This document shows, piece by piece, positions 40,425-52,112 of a DNA stretch of 64,000 bases (positions are counted from its first letter, which is position 1; the number at the start of each line of letters is the position of its first letter). Source of the DNA: Escherichia coli (GTDB lineage: Bacteria; Pseudomonadota; Gammaproteobacteria; Enterobacterales; Enterobacteriaceae); NCBI RefSeq assembly GCF_001677475.2, contig NZ_CP015229.1; one strand, written 5' to 3'. The notes beneath the pieces are model-generated. The model had not been told where the DNA came from, did no database searches, and was given only the letters and a program-made list of their open reading frames with translations. A program made the position numbers and the translations under genes.

Positions 40425-41156
40425 ATGTCAGCTACGGACCGCTACTCTCATCAACTCCTCTACGCTACCGTCCGCCAGCGGCTGCTGGATGATATCGCGC
40501 AGGGGGTTTACCAGGCCGGGCAACAGATCCCTACCGAAAACGAGCTTTGTACGCAATATAACGTCAGCCGCATTACCATTCGCAAAGCCATCAGCGACTT
40601 AGTGGCAGACGGCGTACTGATCCGCTGGCAGGGCAAAGGCACCTTTGTACAAAGCCAGAAAGTTGAAAACGCCCTGCTTACTGTCAGTGGTTTTACCGAT
40701 TTTGGCGTCTCACAAGGCAAGGCGACGAAAGAGAAAGTGATCGAGCAGGAACGGGTCAGCGCCGCGCCGTTTTGCGAAAAGCTGAACATCCCCGGAAACA
40801 GCGAAGTGTTCCATCTCTGCCGGGTGATGTATCTCGATAAAGAGCCGCTGTTTATTGATAGTTCATGGATCCCGCTGTCGCGTTATCCTGACTTTGATGA
40901 GATTTACGCCGAAGGAAGCTCCACCTATCAGTTATTTCAGGAGCGTTTTGACACGCGAGTGGTCAGCGATAAAAAGACCATCGATATTTTTGCCGCCACC
41001 CGCCCGCAGGCAAAATGGCTGAAATGCGAACTGGGCGAACCGCTGTTTCGCATCAGCAAAATCGCCTTTGATCAGAATGACAAACCGGTGCACGTCTCCG
41101 AACTCTTCTGCCGCGCCAATCGCATCACCTTAACGATTGATAATAAAAGACATTAA
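40425..41156 (+). CDS. frlR: GntR-family (HTH + UTRA) transcriptional regulator of frl operon
   Basis: Probable start MSATDRYSHQLLYATVRQRLLDDI at 40425 (243 aa). Confidence 0.88.
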   Translation: MSATDRYSHQLLYATVRQRLLDDIAQGVYQAGQQIPTENELCTQYNVSRITIRKAISDLVADGVLIRWQGKGTFVQSQKVENALLTVSGFTDFGVSQGKATKEKVIEQERVSAAPFCEKLNIPGNSEVFHLCRVMYLDKEPLFIDSSWIPLSRYPDFDEIYAEGSSTYQLFQERFDTRVVSDKKTIDIFAATRPQAKWLKCELGEPLFRISKIAFDQNDKPVHVSELFCRANRITLTIDNKRH

Positions 41157-41159
41157 CCG

Positions 41160-41212
41160 TAGGCCGGATAAGATGCGCCAGCATCGCATCCGGCGATGCT
41201 GGCGCGTTGAGG
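41160..41212. repeat. REP (repetitive extragenic palindromic) element
   Basis: gccggataagatgcgccagcatcgcatccggc-type imperfect palindrome between convergent frlR and yhfS. Confidence 0.7.
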
Positions 41213-41263
41213 GGACCGTCCGGCGCTGAATTTAGCTTGATTGCCGAACGGGGCTATCCAGCA

Positions 41264-42349
41264 TTAAATACTGGCAATACTCTCACGCAAAATCCGCAGC
41301 ACCGTCTCTTCACCGCTGCGATTTGGGTTAATACGAATCGCGTAATGTTCGAGTTGCGGATTCGCCTGGCGAAACGTTCCGGAAAGGCGATAAAAAAGCG
41401 GCGGGATCTCATATTTCGACTCTGCACCAACCGGGTAAGGCAAGGCACCGCGCTTTTGCGCCTCTTCCAGTACTCTGGCGGCAATCGGCTGATGAAACTC
41501 CACAATCAACACCTTCGACTGTGCATTGGCAATCACCGCGCTTTTCACGTCCGCCACTGCGCCACCGTTAAGTAAAGCCAGCAACCGTTCAGATACCCCC
41601 GCCTGCACCGCGTGCATCACTGGCGCAAACACCAGCCCACGCAAGACTTCCAACGCCTGCGCGCCCTGAATCTGGCTGCCGCCGGAGTAAAGCGTGGCGC
41701 GAATACGGTTGATAACATCAGCATCGCCTACCACCGCGCCAACACCCTCTGGCCCAAATAGCTTGAAGCAGGAAAAAGTCGAGACATTCGCCCCGCATTC
41801 GCAGCCGATTCGCGCTACCTTCATCACCGCATAGTTGTCATCGGTTAAGGCTGGAACACTTGCCGCGCGCAACGTTGCCAGCACATCTGCCAGCACATAG
41901 CTATCCTGCGGCTGCTGGCGCGTATGCTGCACCAGCGCGGCATCTGGTTGTTGCTCGTCGACAACCTGCTTCAGTGCCGACAGGTCATTGAAATCAGCAG
42001 TGATAAGCGTCAGCCCCATCTGCTCAATAATGACCTGAGTCGTCGGGTAAACCGGCGCGTCATGCACCAGAAGACGCTGCCCCGGTTTGAGCAAAACCGC
42101 CAACGCCGCACGAATCGCTCCAGTACCCGCGCCCTGCACCAGCGCCGCAGCCTGTGCGTGAAATGCATCAGCCAGCACCTGTTCCACACGCTGGGTAATG
42201 CGCGGTTGATTCAGTCCCGGCGTTAAGCCTAAATCACCGCCAGCAAGAAACTCGCTGCCGGGAAAATGGCGGCAAATCGTGTCCACCAGCGCAAACTGCT
42301 TTTGCTGCGCCTCAATAAGCGTCAGGCTTTGCAGAGGAAACGTCTTCAT
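41264..42349 (-). CDS. yhfS: Predicted PLP-dependent enzyme YhfS (fold-type I-like)
   Basis: 361-aa ORF; candidate PLP-lysine in STFSCFKLFGPEG; last gene of yhf cluster. Confidence 0.8.
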   Translation of the reverse strand: MKTFPLQSLTLIEAQQKQFALVDTICRHFPGSEFLAGGDLGLTPGLNQPRITQRVEQVLADAFHAQAAALVQGAGTGAIRAALAVLLKPGQRLLVHDAPVYPTTQVIIEQMGLTLITADFNDLSALKQVVDEQQPDAALVQHTRQQPQDSYVLADVLATLRAASVPALTDDNYAVMKVARIGCECGANVSTFSCFKLFGPEGVGAVVGDADVINRIRATLYSGGSQIQGAQALEVLRGLVFAPVMHAVQAGVSERLLALLNGGAVADVKSAVIANAQSKVLIVEFHQPIAARVLEEAQKRGALPYPVGAESKYEIPPLFYRLSGTFRQANPQLEHYAIRINPNRSGEETVLRILRESIASI

Positions 42350-42360
42350 AGGTGCCTTCC

Positions 42361-43665
42361 TTAAGCTGGAACAAACAGACCAAGCCAGTAAAGAACATTC
42401 AGCAGAATACCGGTGATCATTACTGCCACGACCGGTGCCGCCATTTTCTGTACCGGACGGCCCAGGGATTCGTTGAAGAAGTAAATGGCAACCGCGATAG
42501 AGAATCCGGTATAATCCGCCATTTTAATTGCTGCGAAAATCGAACCGACCAGCAGCGCCACTTCCATCAGCATATTCATGGCGTTACGGATGTTATCCGA
42601 CGCATTACGCACCGACGGATAGCGCCCCAGCCATTTGCCAATCGAACGAAGCAGTAAGACTTCCGCCGAAATAACCACTGCGCCTAATACCGCTGCAACC
42701 ATCGGATTCGGCGAGAGATAGCCCACCGCATAAACAAAGGTAAAGCCCGCAACTGCATACACGCCAGTGGCTAACGCCGTGGTGGCAATCAACGGCACAA
42801 ACCCCAGTCCGCGCATAAATTCTGCCAGAGCCGCCTGATTAATCAGCGTTTGCGATTGTTCCGGCGTTACGCCTGCGGAATATGCTTTCTCCAGTGTGAA
42901 GATCGAAACTTCGCTACCAGCAAAAATCTTCATGCTGGCAACGGCGGCAATCAATGCTCCCACGATGGCGATATACGGTAAGTTTTTGATAATCCGCGAC
43001 GTGCGTTCTTCAAACACCGAAAGCCCGCTGGCATCAATGTCATTTTCATCACGATGACGCAAGTCGTGAGTTATCGCGATCCCCAGCAGCATCACCATGC
43101 CAATAAAGATTTCGATGGATTCAGGGTTAAGATGTGGGAAATAGCGCACGACGACCACACGGGTCATCAGTACCACCACGGCGGCGATCAGACTTTGCTT
43201 CCAGCCAAACTGGTAGAAAATCGCCACCAGCGGGAACAGTGCAAAAGCTGAAACCACCGGCGAGCTTAATTCCCCCAGGCTACCTAATACATCCACCGGT
43301 AGCGCGGTCAGCAGCTGGTTTACCGGCAACAGGCAAGTAAGGATCTACACGCCCCAGATAGCGCCAAGACCAAACGCCATCAGGCTGTTTATCGCCAGTA
43401 CGCCGAGGATATCGGTAGGAAGAAAGAGTAACCATGCGTTGAGCAGCCCGGTTTTCAGGGTAAACGAGATCCCCACCGAGGCCACAAAACCAATGCTCAG
43501 ACCAAAAGCGATACTCCCCGCCTCGCGACGGTTCATATAGCCTTCAATCAGTTGCGGCAGGATCGGGCGGATACCGTCATGAAAAACGGCCGCCGAGCGA
43601 TGCGCCAGAAGCGATGTCATACCCGTCAGGCACGCCACCACGATAATCTGAATATACAGATCCAT
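42361..43665 (-). pseudogene. yhfT: yhfT membrane transporter-like gene interrupted by in-frame TAG at 43345-43347 (106-aa N-terminal ORF + 322-aa remainder in same frame)
   Basis: ORFs 43345-43665 and 42361-43329 share one reading frame, separated only by TAG plus 5 sense codons; 106+1+5+322 = 434 codons, the length I recall for intact YhfT. Confidence 0.75.
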
Positions 43666-43676
43666 AGTCGTGCCTT

Positions 43677-44030
43677 TTATTTCAGATGGTTAATCAGCAT
43701 CGGAATCGCGTGTTCGACATGCTCAACGGAAAGCCCAAACGCCACTTTCCCTTCGGCGATCATTTTGGCGATATGTTCGTCTTTCGCTTTAATGCCTGGT
43801 TTGGCAATGGTGCAACTTTTGTTATAGCCAATCACCGCGATGGCAATCGACAATGCCGCGCCCGCACCGGTATTACACGCGCCGATGTAGTAATCCAGTT
43901 GCCCGGATTTCACTTTCATTGCCGCTTCCATGTCGTTGTGAATGAAAACTTCAAAACGGCCAGGAGCCGTCGCTTCAATGGTTTTTTTAATCTGCTCACG
44001 CTGTAAGCCTGCAACACCAATCTTTTTCAT
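43677..44030 (-). CDS. yhfU: Uncharacterised protein YhfU (DUF family)
   Basis: ORF 43677-44069; probable start MKKIGVAGLQ at 44030 (117 aa). Confidence 0.8.
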   Translation of the reverse strand: MKKIGVAGLQREQIKKTIEATAPGRFEVFIHNDMEAAMKVKSGQLDYYIGACNTGAGAALSIAIAVIGYNKSCTIAKPGIKAKDEHIAKMIAEGKVAFGLSVEHVEHAIPMLINHLK

Positions 44031-44040
44031 GAGTCTGTCC

Positions 44041-44919
44041 TTATTGGAAAAATTGAGAGGGAGTTTCACGTAACATCACATCCACATCGGCCTGACTGAA
44101 TCCTGACTGGCGCAATTGCGGAATAAAGGTGGTCAATAAATAGTCATAGCCATAACCACCGTTGGCTTTTAAATGGGAGCGGCGCGTAATATCCATCGAC
44201 AGCATGACGCGGTTCAGCAACCCACGGTCGCGTAGCGCATGAAGCATCGCAATACGCATTTCGTCCGGGTAGTAACTGTTCTTACCAATGGTGTCGAACT
44301 GCACATACGCGCCGAGATCGATCATCTTCAAAATGTTGTCGAGGTTGTCTTTCAGATCGCAGTGACCAACGGTGACGCGCGAAAGATCAACTCCGTGGGC
44401 TTGCAGTAGCGCCAGTTGTTCCAGACCCATGGTGCTAAAAGAGGTATGCGTGGAGATCGGACGTCCGGTCTGGTTATGTGCCAGCGCGGCGGCAATAAAC
44501 ACCTTCTCTTCCAGCGGCGTAATCTTCCCTTCGCTGGAGCCGATCTCCGCGATGATCCCGGCTTTCAGCTCCGTGCCATCGATACCCTGTTCAATTTCAT
44601 CGACCATCTCCTGCGCCAGTTCCTGCACGCTGCGGGTCGCCACATGTTGCGGGAAAAACGCGTCCTGGTAATAACCGGTACAGGCCACCACGTTGATCCC
44701 GGTTTCGCGCATTACATCGAGCATAAATTGCGCATTGCGCCCCATATAACGGTTGGTCATCTCAATCACATTACGCACGCCCTGGGCCATCAGGTCGTTC
44801 ATCTCCTGGCAAATGAACGCATACTGATCAAGGCGGCAGTCCACGTTGTTTTTAAAGCCTGAGAGATCAATATGCAGATGCTCATGGGCGAGGGTGTAAC
44901 CCGTCGGATCAAAACTCAT
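44041..44919 (-). CDS. php: Phosphotriesterase-homology protein (amidohydrolase superfamily, binuclear metal centre)
   Basis: Probable start [20 protein letters not shown] (292 aa); HxH metal-ligand motif. Confidence 0.9.
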   Translation of the reverse strand: MSFDPTGYTLAHEHLHIDLSGFKNNVDCRLDQYAFICQEMNDLMAQGVRNVIEMTNRYMGRNAQFMLDVMRETGINVVACTGYYQDAFFPQHVATRSVQELAQEMVDEIEQGIDGTELKAGIIAEIGSSEGKITPLEEKVFIAAALAHNQTGRPISTHTSFSTMGLEQLALLQAHGVDLSRVTVGHCDLKDNLDNILKMIDLGAYVQFDTIGKNSYYPDEMRIAMLHALRDRGLLNRVMLSMDITRRSHLKANGGYGYDYLLTTFIPQLRQSGFSQADVDVMLRETPSQFFQ

Positions 44920-46142
44920 AGGGTGTCTCCTGCAAACCGGAGGGAGGAAAGAAAAGAGCAACCATTTTGTGGCGGTGGCGCACGGAAAAATTCACACACG
45001 GTAGCCCCCACATCAGAAAGCGTGGTGCGCACACCGAGTTGCGTGTGGACCAGCCCTTGCTGATAAACCAGCACCGGCACCATTTCGCGGGTATGGTGGC
45101 TGTGACCGATTGTCGGATCGTTACCATGATCCGCCATCACGACCAGGCAATCATCTGGCTGCATCACCTCAACAAGCCGGGCAAGGTTTCGGTCAACGAC
45201 CTGCAAACGTTCGGCATAACGTGCGACGTCTTCTGCGTGACCAGCGAGGTCGGTTTCCTGGATATTGGTGCAAATAAACGCCGTCGGATGCGTGTTAAAT
45301 TCGTCGAGGGTGATATCCATAATCCGCTGGCTATCCACCAGGTTTTGCCAGCTCACGCCATAAGGATTGCTGGCAATATCCGCCACTTTCCCCACCAGCA
45401 CGGTTGGTACGCCCACTTCATACAGTTTTTGTGGCACCTGCACTTTATCATCGACACCGTAGCCCATATGCACGACCTGGAAGCCGTTGTCATAAGCGCC
45501 TGAACGCGGCGCATTGATACCAATAAAGCGCCCTTCTTTGCTTTCTGCGGCATCGAGAATGCGTTGACTGTCGGGTAACAGGCCGCCAAATGTAATGACC
45601 CGACCGACCTGTACCTGCTCACGCACAATACGACCAATTTTGATTGCGTCGTCAAAAGAGATCACAGAGAGATTGGCGGTGATGTTATAGACCTGGCCTA
45701 AATCCGCCTCGAGATTATCGCCAATCGCAACCGCCTGATTGACCCACAGAAATTGCAGATCATCGCCACGGCGCTCCACCTGCCAGCCTGCGGAAACTAA
45801 TGCCTGCTCAACACGGTCAATCACATCGCGAAAGGGCATCCGCAGCGGCGGTAACGGGCGCGTGCCTAAAATTTCCTGATGCCCCATAAAGGTATCGCCA
45901 CCTTCATGTTGCAGCTCTGCCACGCCCCAGGTTGCGGAGTCTGACGGCTGCATATCTCCAGGCGCATAACCTAATGCGTTGATTAGCCCCATTTTCTCCA
46001 GCATTGGTAGCTGCAAATGCGGCAACTGGCTCAGGATGTGACCACAGGTATTTGCCCCGGCATCCTGCGGACGCACCAACGTGACATCTTTCATTGCCCC
46101 TACGCCAAAGCTATCAATCACTAACACCACAAATCGCGCCAT
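44916..46142 (-). CDS. yhfW: Phosphopentomutase-like protein (alkaline-phosphatase superfamily)
   Basis: 408-aa [22 protein letters not shown] resembling DeoB N-terminus; stop overlaps php start. Confidence 0.85.
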   Translation of the reverse strand: MARFVVLVIDSFGVGAMKDVTLVRPQDAGANTCGHILSQLPHLQLPMLEKMGLINALGYAPGDMQPSDSATWGVAELQHEGGDTFMGHQEILGTRPLPPLRMPFRDVIDRVEQALVSAGWQVERRGDDLQFLWVNQAVAIGDNLEADLGQVYNITANLSVISFDDAIKIGRIVREQVQVGRVITFGGLLPDSQRILDAAESKEGRFIGINAPRSGAYDNGFQVVHMGYGVDDKVQVPQKLYEVGVPTVLVGKVADIASNPYGVSWQNLVDSQRIMDITLDEFNTHPTAFICTNIQETDLAGHAEDVARYAERLQVVDRNLARLVEVMQPDDCLVVMADHGNDPTIGHSHHTREMVPVLVYQQGLVHTQLGVRTTLSDVGATVCEFFRAPPPQNGCSFLSSLRFAGDTL

Positions 46143-47305
46143 TACGCCTCCAGAGGGTTGCCGAGGCTGTCATAACGACCCACAATCTCTGCCGCGCCAC
46201 GCTGAATACCAGACACCAGCACCACATCGCTACGGGTGACAAAAATCTGCGTGCGAAAACAGAGCACCACTGCACTGCTTACCGGATGCTCACCTGCCAG
46301 CGGCAGGGTGTAGTCGATACCGCTGTCATCCACGGCTTTGAGATATGTTTCAGTCACGCTTTGATTCTCTGGCGTAAACACCAACGCATGTTGCGCATGA
46401 CCACGACGGTAATAACCGCCGCCGTAGCAGTAGCTGTCACCACGGAAGTGATGGGAAATTTCGCTCAGCCAAAGCATCGCGATACGTTCAGGCTGGTCTC
46501 CCTGCTGGTTTACCGGAATCGTCCCCGTCAGTGCATGACCGGGTTCGGCATGAGTCACACCGTATTCCGCCAGTAATGGCAGCGAAGTGCAGCTGGTCGC
46601 TGAAGGCGCGTTCAGTTGCTCAATCGCAATACCAGATTTCGCCAGTTGATCCCGTACCTGTATCAGCGTGTGAAGATTCGGTGTCGGCAAAACTTTCCCG
46701 GCAGCCTCATCCCAAAGCAGGCAAGGGAAATGGGTTAGTCCGGCTAAATGCAGCCCCGGCAGTTTCTTAATTTCAGCAACCACCTCGTGCAGCGAATGCT
46801 GTACAAAACCGCTCTCCTGCCCCGGATAAAGAAAATCATCGTCGCTATAAACTTTGAGCAGCACAGACTGGATTCGCCCGGCCTTCACCGCCGCCGCAGA
46901 AACTTCCCGCGCTTTGTCGAGAGTAAACACGGTGATGACGTCGGTGCCCTGTTCAACGGCGTCAGCAACCTGATGACAAGGGATTTGTACCAGATGCCCC
47001 TGATGCGCCACCGGCAAACCAGCGCGGCGCATGACTCGCGCCTCTTTGTAATCCACCGCCACAATGCCGCTGTAGCCCAATGCCAGCAGTTTTTCCGCCA
47101 GCCACGGATTACGACCGAATTGTTTGGTCATCAGATACAGTTCAATGCCGTAAAGCCGTGCCGTCTCAATCAGCCGCTTACCGTTTTCCAGTATCTGATC
47201 CACGTCGATCACCCAGCTGTCCGGGGCGATCTTGCCCTGCTGCCACAGGCTTAGTGCGGCGGAAATCAGCGCCGGGTTCTGGCGTTTCAATGCTTCTACA
47301 AACAT
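46142..47305 (-). CDS. yhfX: Alanine-racemase-fold (fold-type III PLP) protein YhfX
   Basis: 387-aa ORF; overlaps yhfW start. Confidence 0.8.
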   Translation of the reverse strand: MFVEALKRQNPALISAALSLWQQGKIAPDSWVIDVDQILENGKRLIETARLYGIELYLMTKQFGRNPWLAEKLLALGYSGIVAVDYKEARVMRRAGLPVAHQGHLVQIPCHQVADAVEQGTDVITVFTLDKAREVSAAAVKAGRIQSVLLKVYSDDDFLYPGQESGFVQHSLHEVVAEIKKLPGLHLAGLTHFPCLLWDEAAGKVLPTPNLHTLIQVRDQLAKSGIAIEQLNAPSATSCTSLPLLAEYGVTHAEPGHALTGTIPVNQQGDQPERIAMLWLSEISHHFRGDSYCYGGGYYRRGHAQHALVFTPENQSVTETYLKAVDDSGIDYTLPLAGEHPVSSAVVLCFRTQIFVTRSDVVLVSGIQRGAAEIVGRYDSLGNPLEA

Positions 47306-47388
47306 CTTGTTGCCTCGTTTCTGTTCCTTGAGTTAAATATTCATTTTTTTGAATATTTAGGTTGTGCGACGTGGATTTGTCGGGAGCT

Positions 47389-47751
47389 TCAAACCTCTTC
47401 GTTAGCAGCCATCCATAATCCATAAAGGTTGGCCAGCAAATAGCCTTCTTCACACGGGTTAACTTCCAATGCGAATTCCTTCAACAACACCTGATGCAAT
47501 TGCACAACGGCTTGCCAGTGGCTGGATTGCGCCAGCTCTGCCAGCAACTCGTTATCCAGTGGCTCAATTTCTTCACCACGGCGACTGCGCATAAGTGCAC
47601 TCGCCATATGTGTCATCGCCATCGTTCCTTGCTCACTGCGCACCGGCAGATGGCACTCTTTTTCCAGTACGTTGACGACCTGCATCATGCCTTTGCAGAT
47701 GTCCTTATCGATGACCCCTGCATCGCAAAGCAGGTTGAGTCTGGTTTCCAT
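47389..47751 (-). CDS. yhfY: Small uncharacterised protein YhfY
   Basis: ORF 47389-47871; probable start METRLNLLCDAGVIDKDI at 47751 (120 aa). Confidence 0.7.
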   Translation of the reverse strand: METRLNLLCDAGVIDKDICKGMMQVVNVLEKECHLPVRSEQGTMAMTHMASALMRSRRGEEIEPLDNELLAELAQSSHWQAVVQLHQVLLKEFALEVNPCEEGYLLANLYGLWMAANEEV

Positions 47752-47767
47752 TTCAGATGCCTTTGGT

Positions 47768-48673
47768 TTAATAACTGGGTTCCTGTTCCCCACTGACCAC
47801 TCGTTGTTGATGGGCAAGCAGGGCCTGTTTATCAACAACTGCACGCAGCAATTGTTGCATTGGGTAATCATCGACTCGCGTCAGGACCACGGCTTCGGTG
47901 GCCTGTAAAAATCGCGGATCGTCTGTGAGCGGCGTCGCTTCTAATCCCAGCATGGTCAGTTCGTTTTCCGCCACCACGTTCCAGATCACCGCATCAACAT
48001 CGCCTTTAACAATGCGTTGTAAACTCTCGTGATAAGAGAGATCGACACGTTCCACATCACTATCGCCAAAAAAGACATCGGTCATGATTTTCTGATCCGC
48101 CGAACGGTTATCCAGCCCCACGCGCTTCACGTTTGCGGACTCGCCTTTACGGCATATCAACTGGTGTTCGCCAACGTAGGTGTGCGGCCCCAATTCCAGC
48201 GCGAGGCATAACCCTTTTTGCGTGAGATAACTTTCCGCCGCCAGTCGGGAAACCACCGCCATGTCATACACGCCGTTAAGTAAACACTCCACGCGAATAT
48301 CCGCGCCGCGCATATGCGCATAGTAAAAAGGAATGCCATCAAACTGGGCTTTCAATCCGCTCGCTAAACCTTCGTACAAGCGGGTATAGGGCAAAGGCAT
48401 CGCACATACCACGTTGTTGATATCCACATGGCTCAGCAATGCTTTGTTATCCATCTCGACCAGATAACTGCCATTGCGCCCACGGCGTTCAATCCGTATC
48501 GCTCCGCTTGATTCCAGTGTTTTCAACGCTGCCTGCGTCAGGCCAACGGATGAACGGCATTCAGTTGCCAGCTCATCTATGGTTTTCAACCTATTACCGC
48601 ATTTTTCACCCAACAAATAACGGGCCAGCGTCGTGATAACGACGCCTTCTTTTTTGATAAACGTTCGACGCAT
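47768..48673 (-). CDS. yhfZ: Putative transcriptional regulator YhfZ (N-terminal HTH-like, C-terminal ligand-binding-like)
   Basis: 301-aa ORF, first gene of the yhfZ-yhfS co-directional cluster. Confidence 0.8.
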   Translation of the reverse strand: MRRTFIKKEGVVITTLARYLLGEKCGNRLKTIDELATECRSSVGLTQAALKTLESSGAIRIERRGRNGSYLVEMDNKALLSHVDINNVVCAMPLPYTRLYEGLASGLKAQFDGIPFYYAHMRGADIRVECLLNGVYDMAVVSRLAAESYLTQKGLCLALELGPHTYVGEHQLICRKGESANVKRVGLDNRSADQKIMTDVFFGDSDVERVDLSYHESLQRIVKGDVDAVIWNVVAENELTMLGLEATPLTDDPRFLQATEAVVLTRVDDYPMQQLLRAVVDKQALLAHQQRVVSGEQEPSY

Positions 48674-48791
48674 AATATATTTTCAATAAAATGAATGTTT
48701 ATATCTTCATTAAAATGAAGATAAGTGGCAACTGTGAGATGTGGAAACGGCGAGGCGCTTCACATTTTTTCGGATTATTGCAAATGAGGAT

Positions 48792-48818
48792 AAAAAAACC
48801 GGGTTTCCCCGGTTTTTG
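48792..48818 (-). terminator. Rho-independent terminator downstream of trpS
   Basis: accggg-tttc-cccggt hairpin with T7 run on minus strand (A7 on plus strand). Confidence 0.8.
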
Positions 48819-48832
48819 GCATTAATGTTAAA

Positions 48833-49837
48833 TTACGGCTTCGCCACAAAACCAATCGCTTCGTACACCGCTTTTAGCGTACGGGAAGCGTGTGCGCTGG
48901 CTTTTTCCGCGCCATCTTTCATCACCTGTTGCAGGAAGGCTTCGTCATTGCGGAAACGGTGATAGCGTTCCTGCAATTCAGTCAGCATACCGGAAACGGC
49001 ATCAGCCACTTCGCCTTTCAGATGACCATACATCTTGCCTTCGAACTGTTTTTCCAGTTCCGGGATGCTCTGGCCCGTTACCGCAGAAAGGATATCCAGC
49101 AGGTTGGAAACGCCCGCTTTGTTCTGCACATCGTAGCGAACTACCGGCGGCTCGTCGGAGTCAGTGACCGCGCGTTTGATTTTCTTCACTACCGATTTCG
49201 GATCTTCCAGCAGGCCGATAACGTTATTGCGGTTATCGTCAGACTTGGACATCTTCTTGGTCGGCTCCAGCAGCGACATTACGCGCGCGCCAGATTTCGG
49301 AATAAACGGCTCCGGCACCTTAAAGATCTCACCATACAGCGCGTTGAAACGCTGAGCGATATCGCGGCTCAGTTCCAGGTGCTGTTTCTGGTCTTCACCC
49401 ACAGGTACCAGATTAGTTTGATACAGCAGGATGTCCGCAGCCATCAGCACCGGATAGTCAAACAGACCAGCGTTGATGTTCTCGGCATAACGCGCAGATT
49501 TATCTTTAAACTGCGTCATGCGGCTCAGTTCGCCGAAGTAGGTATAGCAGTTCAGTGCCCAGCCTAACTGCGCATGTTCCGGTACGTGGGACTGAACAAA
49601 AATGGTGCTTTTCTCAGGATCGATACCACAAGCCAGATACAAGGCCAGCGTATCCAGCGTCGCTTTACGCAGCTTCTGTGCATCCTGGCGCACGGTGATC
49701 GCGTGTTGGTCAACGATACAGTAAATGCAATGGTAGTCATCCTGCATGTTTACCCACTGACGCAGCGCACCCATGTAGTTACCAATGGTCAATTCACCTG
49801 AGGGCTGTGCGCCACTAAAAACGATGGGCTTAGTCAT
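48833..49837 (-). CDS. trpS: Tryptophan--tRNA ligase
   Basis: 334-aa class-I aa[30 protein letters not shown] with KMSKS motif. Confidence 0.97.
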   Translation of the reverse strand: MTKPIVFSGAQPSGELTIGNYMGALRQWVNMQDDYHCIYCIVDQHAITVRQDAQKLRKATLDTLALYLACGIDPEKSTIFVQSHVPEHAQLGWALNCYTYFGELSRMTQFKDKSARYAENINAGLFDYPVLMAADILLYQTNLVPVGEDQKQHLELSRDIAQRFNALYGEIFKVPEPFIPKSGARVMSLLEPTKKMSKSDDNRNNVIGLLEDPKSVVKKIKRAVTDSDEPPVVRYDVQNKAGVSNLLDILSAVTGQSIPELEKQFEGKMYGHLKGEVADAVSGMLTELQERYHRFRNDEAFLQQVMKDGAEKASAHASRTLKAVYEAIGFVAKP

Positions 49838-50588
49838 TTTTCGATTCCTGATTTTCGCTATGCGGAAGCCCTAATGCGGGCAGAAGGTCATTTATAGACT
49901 GATAAATTACATCAGGCTGGCTGAGATCGATAGCCTCGCCGTAGTTATATCCGTAGGTTAAGCCAACGGATGGGCAACCTGCCGCTTTTGCCGCCTGAAT
50001 ATCATTGCGTGAGTCGCCGACAAACAGCATCTGTTGTGGGGCAATTCCCATCCGCTCAGCCACCAGTAACAGCGGGTCCGGATGCGGTTTTTTGTTTTGC
50101 ACATCATCACCGCCGATAACCACACTGAAGTATTTGGCGATATCTAAGGCTTCGAGCAGCGGCGCGACGAACGGCGTCGGTTTGTTGGTGACCAGGCCTA
50201 GCGGCAGGCCTTTAGCCTGCAACGCGCCCAACGTATCGGCAACGTGTGGGAACAAAAACGTCCCCTCTTCGGCAACCTCGCCATAGTAGCGATCGAACAG
50301 TTTACGCAGAATACGTATCTGTTCTTCTGCCGGAATGTCGTCATCAACGGGCGGTTTACCCATTGTTTTACGCTGAGTCGCACGTTCCTGACGCGCCCAG
50401 GTCAATGCGCGCTCCATCAGAACATCTGCGCCGTTACCAATCCAGGTAATAACGCGTTCTTCACCTGCGACGGGCAACTCCAGCGCATACAGCGCCATAT
50501 CTACCGCAGCAGCAAGACCAGGAGCACTGTCGACCAGCGTACCATCAAGATCAAAAGCGACGCCGCGAATATCTTCAAACTTATTCAT
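49830..50588 (-). CDS. gph: Phosphoglycolate phosphatase (HAD family)
   Basis: 252-aa ORF with HAD motif [10 protein letters not shown]. Confidence 0.93.
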   Translation of the reverse strand: MNKFEDIRGVAFDLDGTLVDSAPGLAAAVDMALYALELPVAGEERVITWIGNGADVLMERALTWARQERATQRKTMGKPPVDDDIPAEEQIRILRKLFDRYYGEVAEEGTFLFPHVADTLGALQAKGLPLGLVTNKPTPFVAPLLEALDIAKYFSVVIGGDDVQNKKPHPDPLLLVAERMGIAPQQMLFVGDSRNDIQAAKAAGCPSVGLTYGYNYGEAIDLSQPDVIYQSINDLLPALGLPHSENQESKND

Positions 50589-51258
50589 GACTTACCTTTG
50601 CCAGTTCACTGCGCATTTCATCAATGACTTTTTTGTAGTCTGGCTGGTCGAAGATTGCCGAACCGGCGACGAACATATCCGCGCCCGCCGCAGCGATTTC
50701 GCCAATGTTGTTCACCTTCACACCACCGTCCACTTCCAGACGAATGTCAAAGCCAGACTCGTCGATACGACGACGTACTTCGCGCAGTTTATCCAGTGTT
50801 TGAGGAATGAAAGACTGACCGCCGAAACCAGGATTGACGGACATCAGCAGGATCACATCCAGCTTATCCATCACGTAATCCAGATAGCTCAGCGGTGTCG
50901 CCGGGTTAAATACCAGACCCGCTTTACAGCCATTTTCTTTAATCAGTTGCAGCGTGCGGTCAACATGCTCGGAGGCTTCTGGATGAAAGGTAATGATGCT
51001 GGCACCAGCGGCAGCGAAATCAGGCACAATGCGATCGACGGGTTTCACCATCAGATGTACGTCGATAGGGGCGGTAATGCCGTAGTTACGCAAGGATTTC
51101 AGCACCATTGGCCCAATCGTCAGATTGGGAACATAGTGGTTATCCATGACGTCAAAATGCACGACATCAGCGCCAGCTGCCAGGGCTTTTGCGGTATCTT
51201 CACCCAGGCGGGCAAAATCAGCCGACAGAATTGAGGGGGCAATCAAATACTGTTTCAT
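50581..51258 (-). CDS. rpe: Ribulose-phosphate 3-epimerase
   Basis: 225-aa [25 protein letters not shown]. Confidence 0.96.
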   Translation of the reverse strand: MKQYLIAPSILSADFARLGEDTAKALAAGADVVHFDVMDNHYVPNLTIGPMVLKSLRNYGITAPIDVHLMVKPVDRIVPDFAAAGASIITFHPEASEHVDRTLQLIKENGCKAGLVFNPATPLSYLDYVMDKLDVILLMSVNPGFGGQSFIPQTLDKLREVRRRIDESGFDIRLEVDGGVKVNNIGEIAAAGADMFVAGSAIFDQPDYKKVIDEMRSELAKVSHE

Positions 51259-51275
51259 CCGCTTCTCCTTGAGAA

Positions 51276-52112
51276 TTATTTTTTCGCGGGTGAAACGACT
51301 CCTGGTTTGTACAAAGCCAGCAGTTCGTCCACCTTTTTACGTGTGCCGCCGTTGCTGCTTATACTGCGTCGAACTTTGACGACATGCAATTTTGCGCGCT
51401 GATACCACTCACGCGTTAACATCGTATCGTGATTGGAGATCAGCACAGGAATATGGCGATCAACCAGACCTTCGGCGATCTCCGCCAGATGCGCTTGTTG
51501 TTCAAGCGTAAAACTGTTTGTGTGATACGCCGTAAAGTTGGCGGTCGCAGACAGCGGTGCATAAGGCGGATCGCAATAGACGACGGATGCATCATCTGCG
51601 CGCGCCATGCTATCGGCGTAAGACTCACAATAGAAAAAGGCATTCTGCGCTTTTTCAGCGAAGTGATACAACTCTGCTTCCGGGAAATAGGGTTTTTTGT
51701 AGCGGCCAAACGGCACGTTAAACTCACCGCGCAGATTGTAACGACACAGGCCGTTGTAACCGTAGCGGTTCAAATATAAAAACAGTACCGCCCGACGGAA
51801 CGGATCCTGGCTTTTGTTGAACTCTTCGCGGAACTGATAGTAAACCTCGGCGCAATTTGTTTCGGGAACAAACAGCTCGCGTGCGGCCTGTACGTACTCA
51901 TCAGTACGCATTTTCACAATGTTATAGAGACTGATCAGGTCGCTATTGATATCGGCAAGGATATAACGAGAAAAGTCGGTGTTGAGAAACACCGACCCGG
52001 CACCTACAAAAGGCTCAACCAGACATTCGCCCTTGGGCAAATGCCGTTTAATATCATCAAGCAGGGGATACTTGCCCCCTGCCCACTTCAAAAAAGCGCG
52101 ATTTTTCTTCAT
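51276..52112 (-). CDS. dam: DNA adenine methyltransferase (GATC)
   Basis: 278-aa [20 protein letters not shown] with DPPY catalytic motif. Confidence 0.97.
   Translation of the reverse strand: MKKNRAFLKWAGGKYPLLDDIKRHLPKGECLVEPFVGAGSVFLNTDFSRYILADINSDLISLYNIVKMRTDEYVQAARELFVPETNCAEVYYQFREEFNKSQDPFRRAVLFLYLNRYGYNGLCRYNLRGEFNVPFGRYKKPYFPEAELYHFAEKAQNAFFYCESYADSMARADDASVVYCDPPYAPLSATANFTAYHTNSFTLEQQAHLAEIAEGLVDRHIPVLISNHDTMLTREWYQRAKLHVVKVRRSISSNGGTRKKVDELLALYKPGVVSPAKK

Noticed and set aside
43327-43329. Treating 42361-43329 as an independent gene starting at TTG
   Set aside because: Same frame as the upstream 106-aa ORF with only a TAG between; the summed length matches a single yhfT gene, so an interrupted single gene is more parsimonious than two genes.
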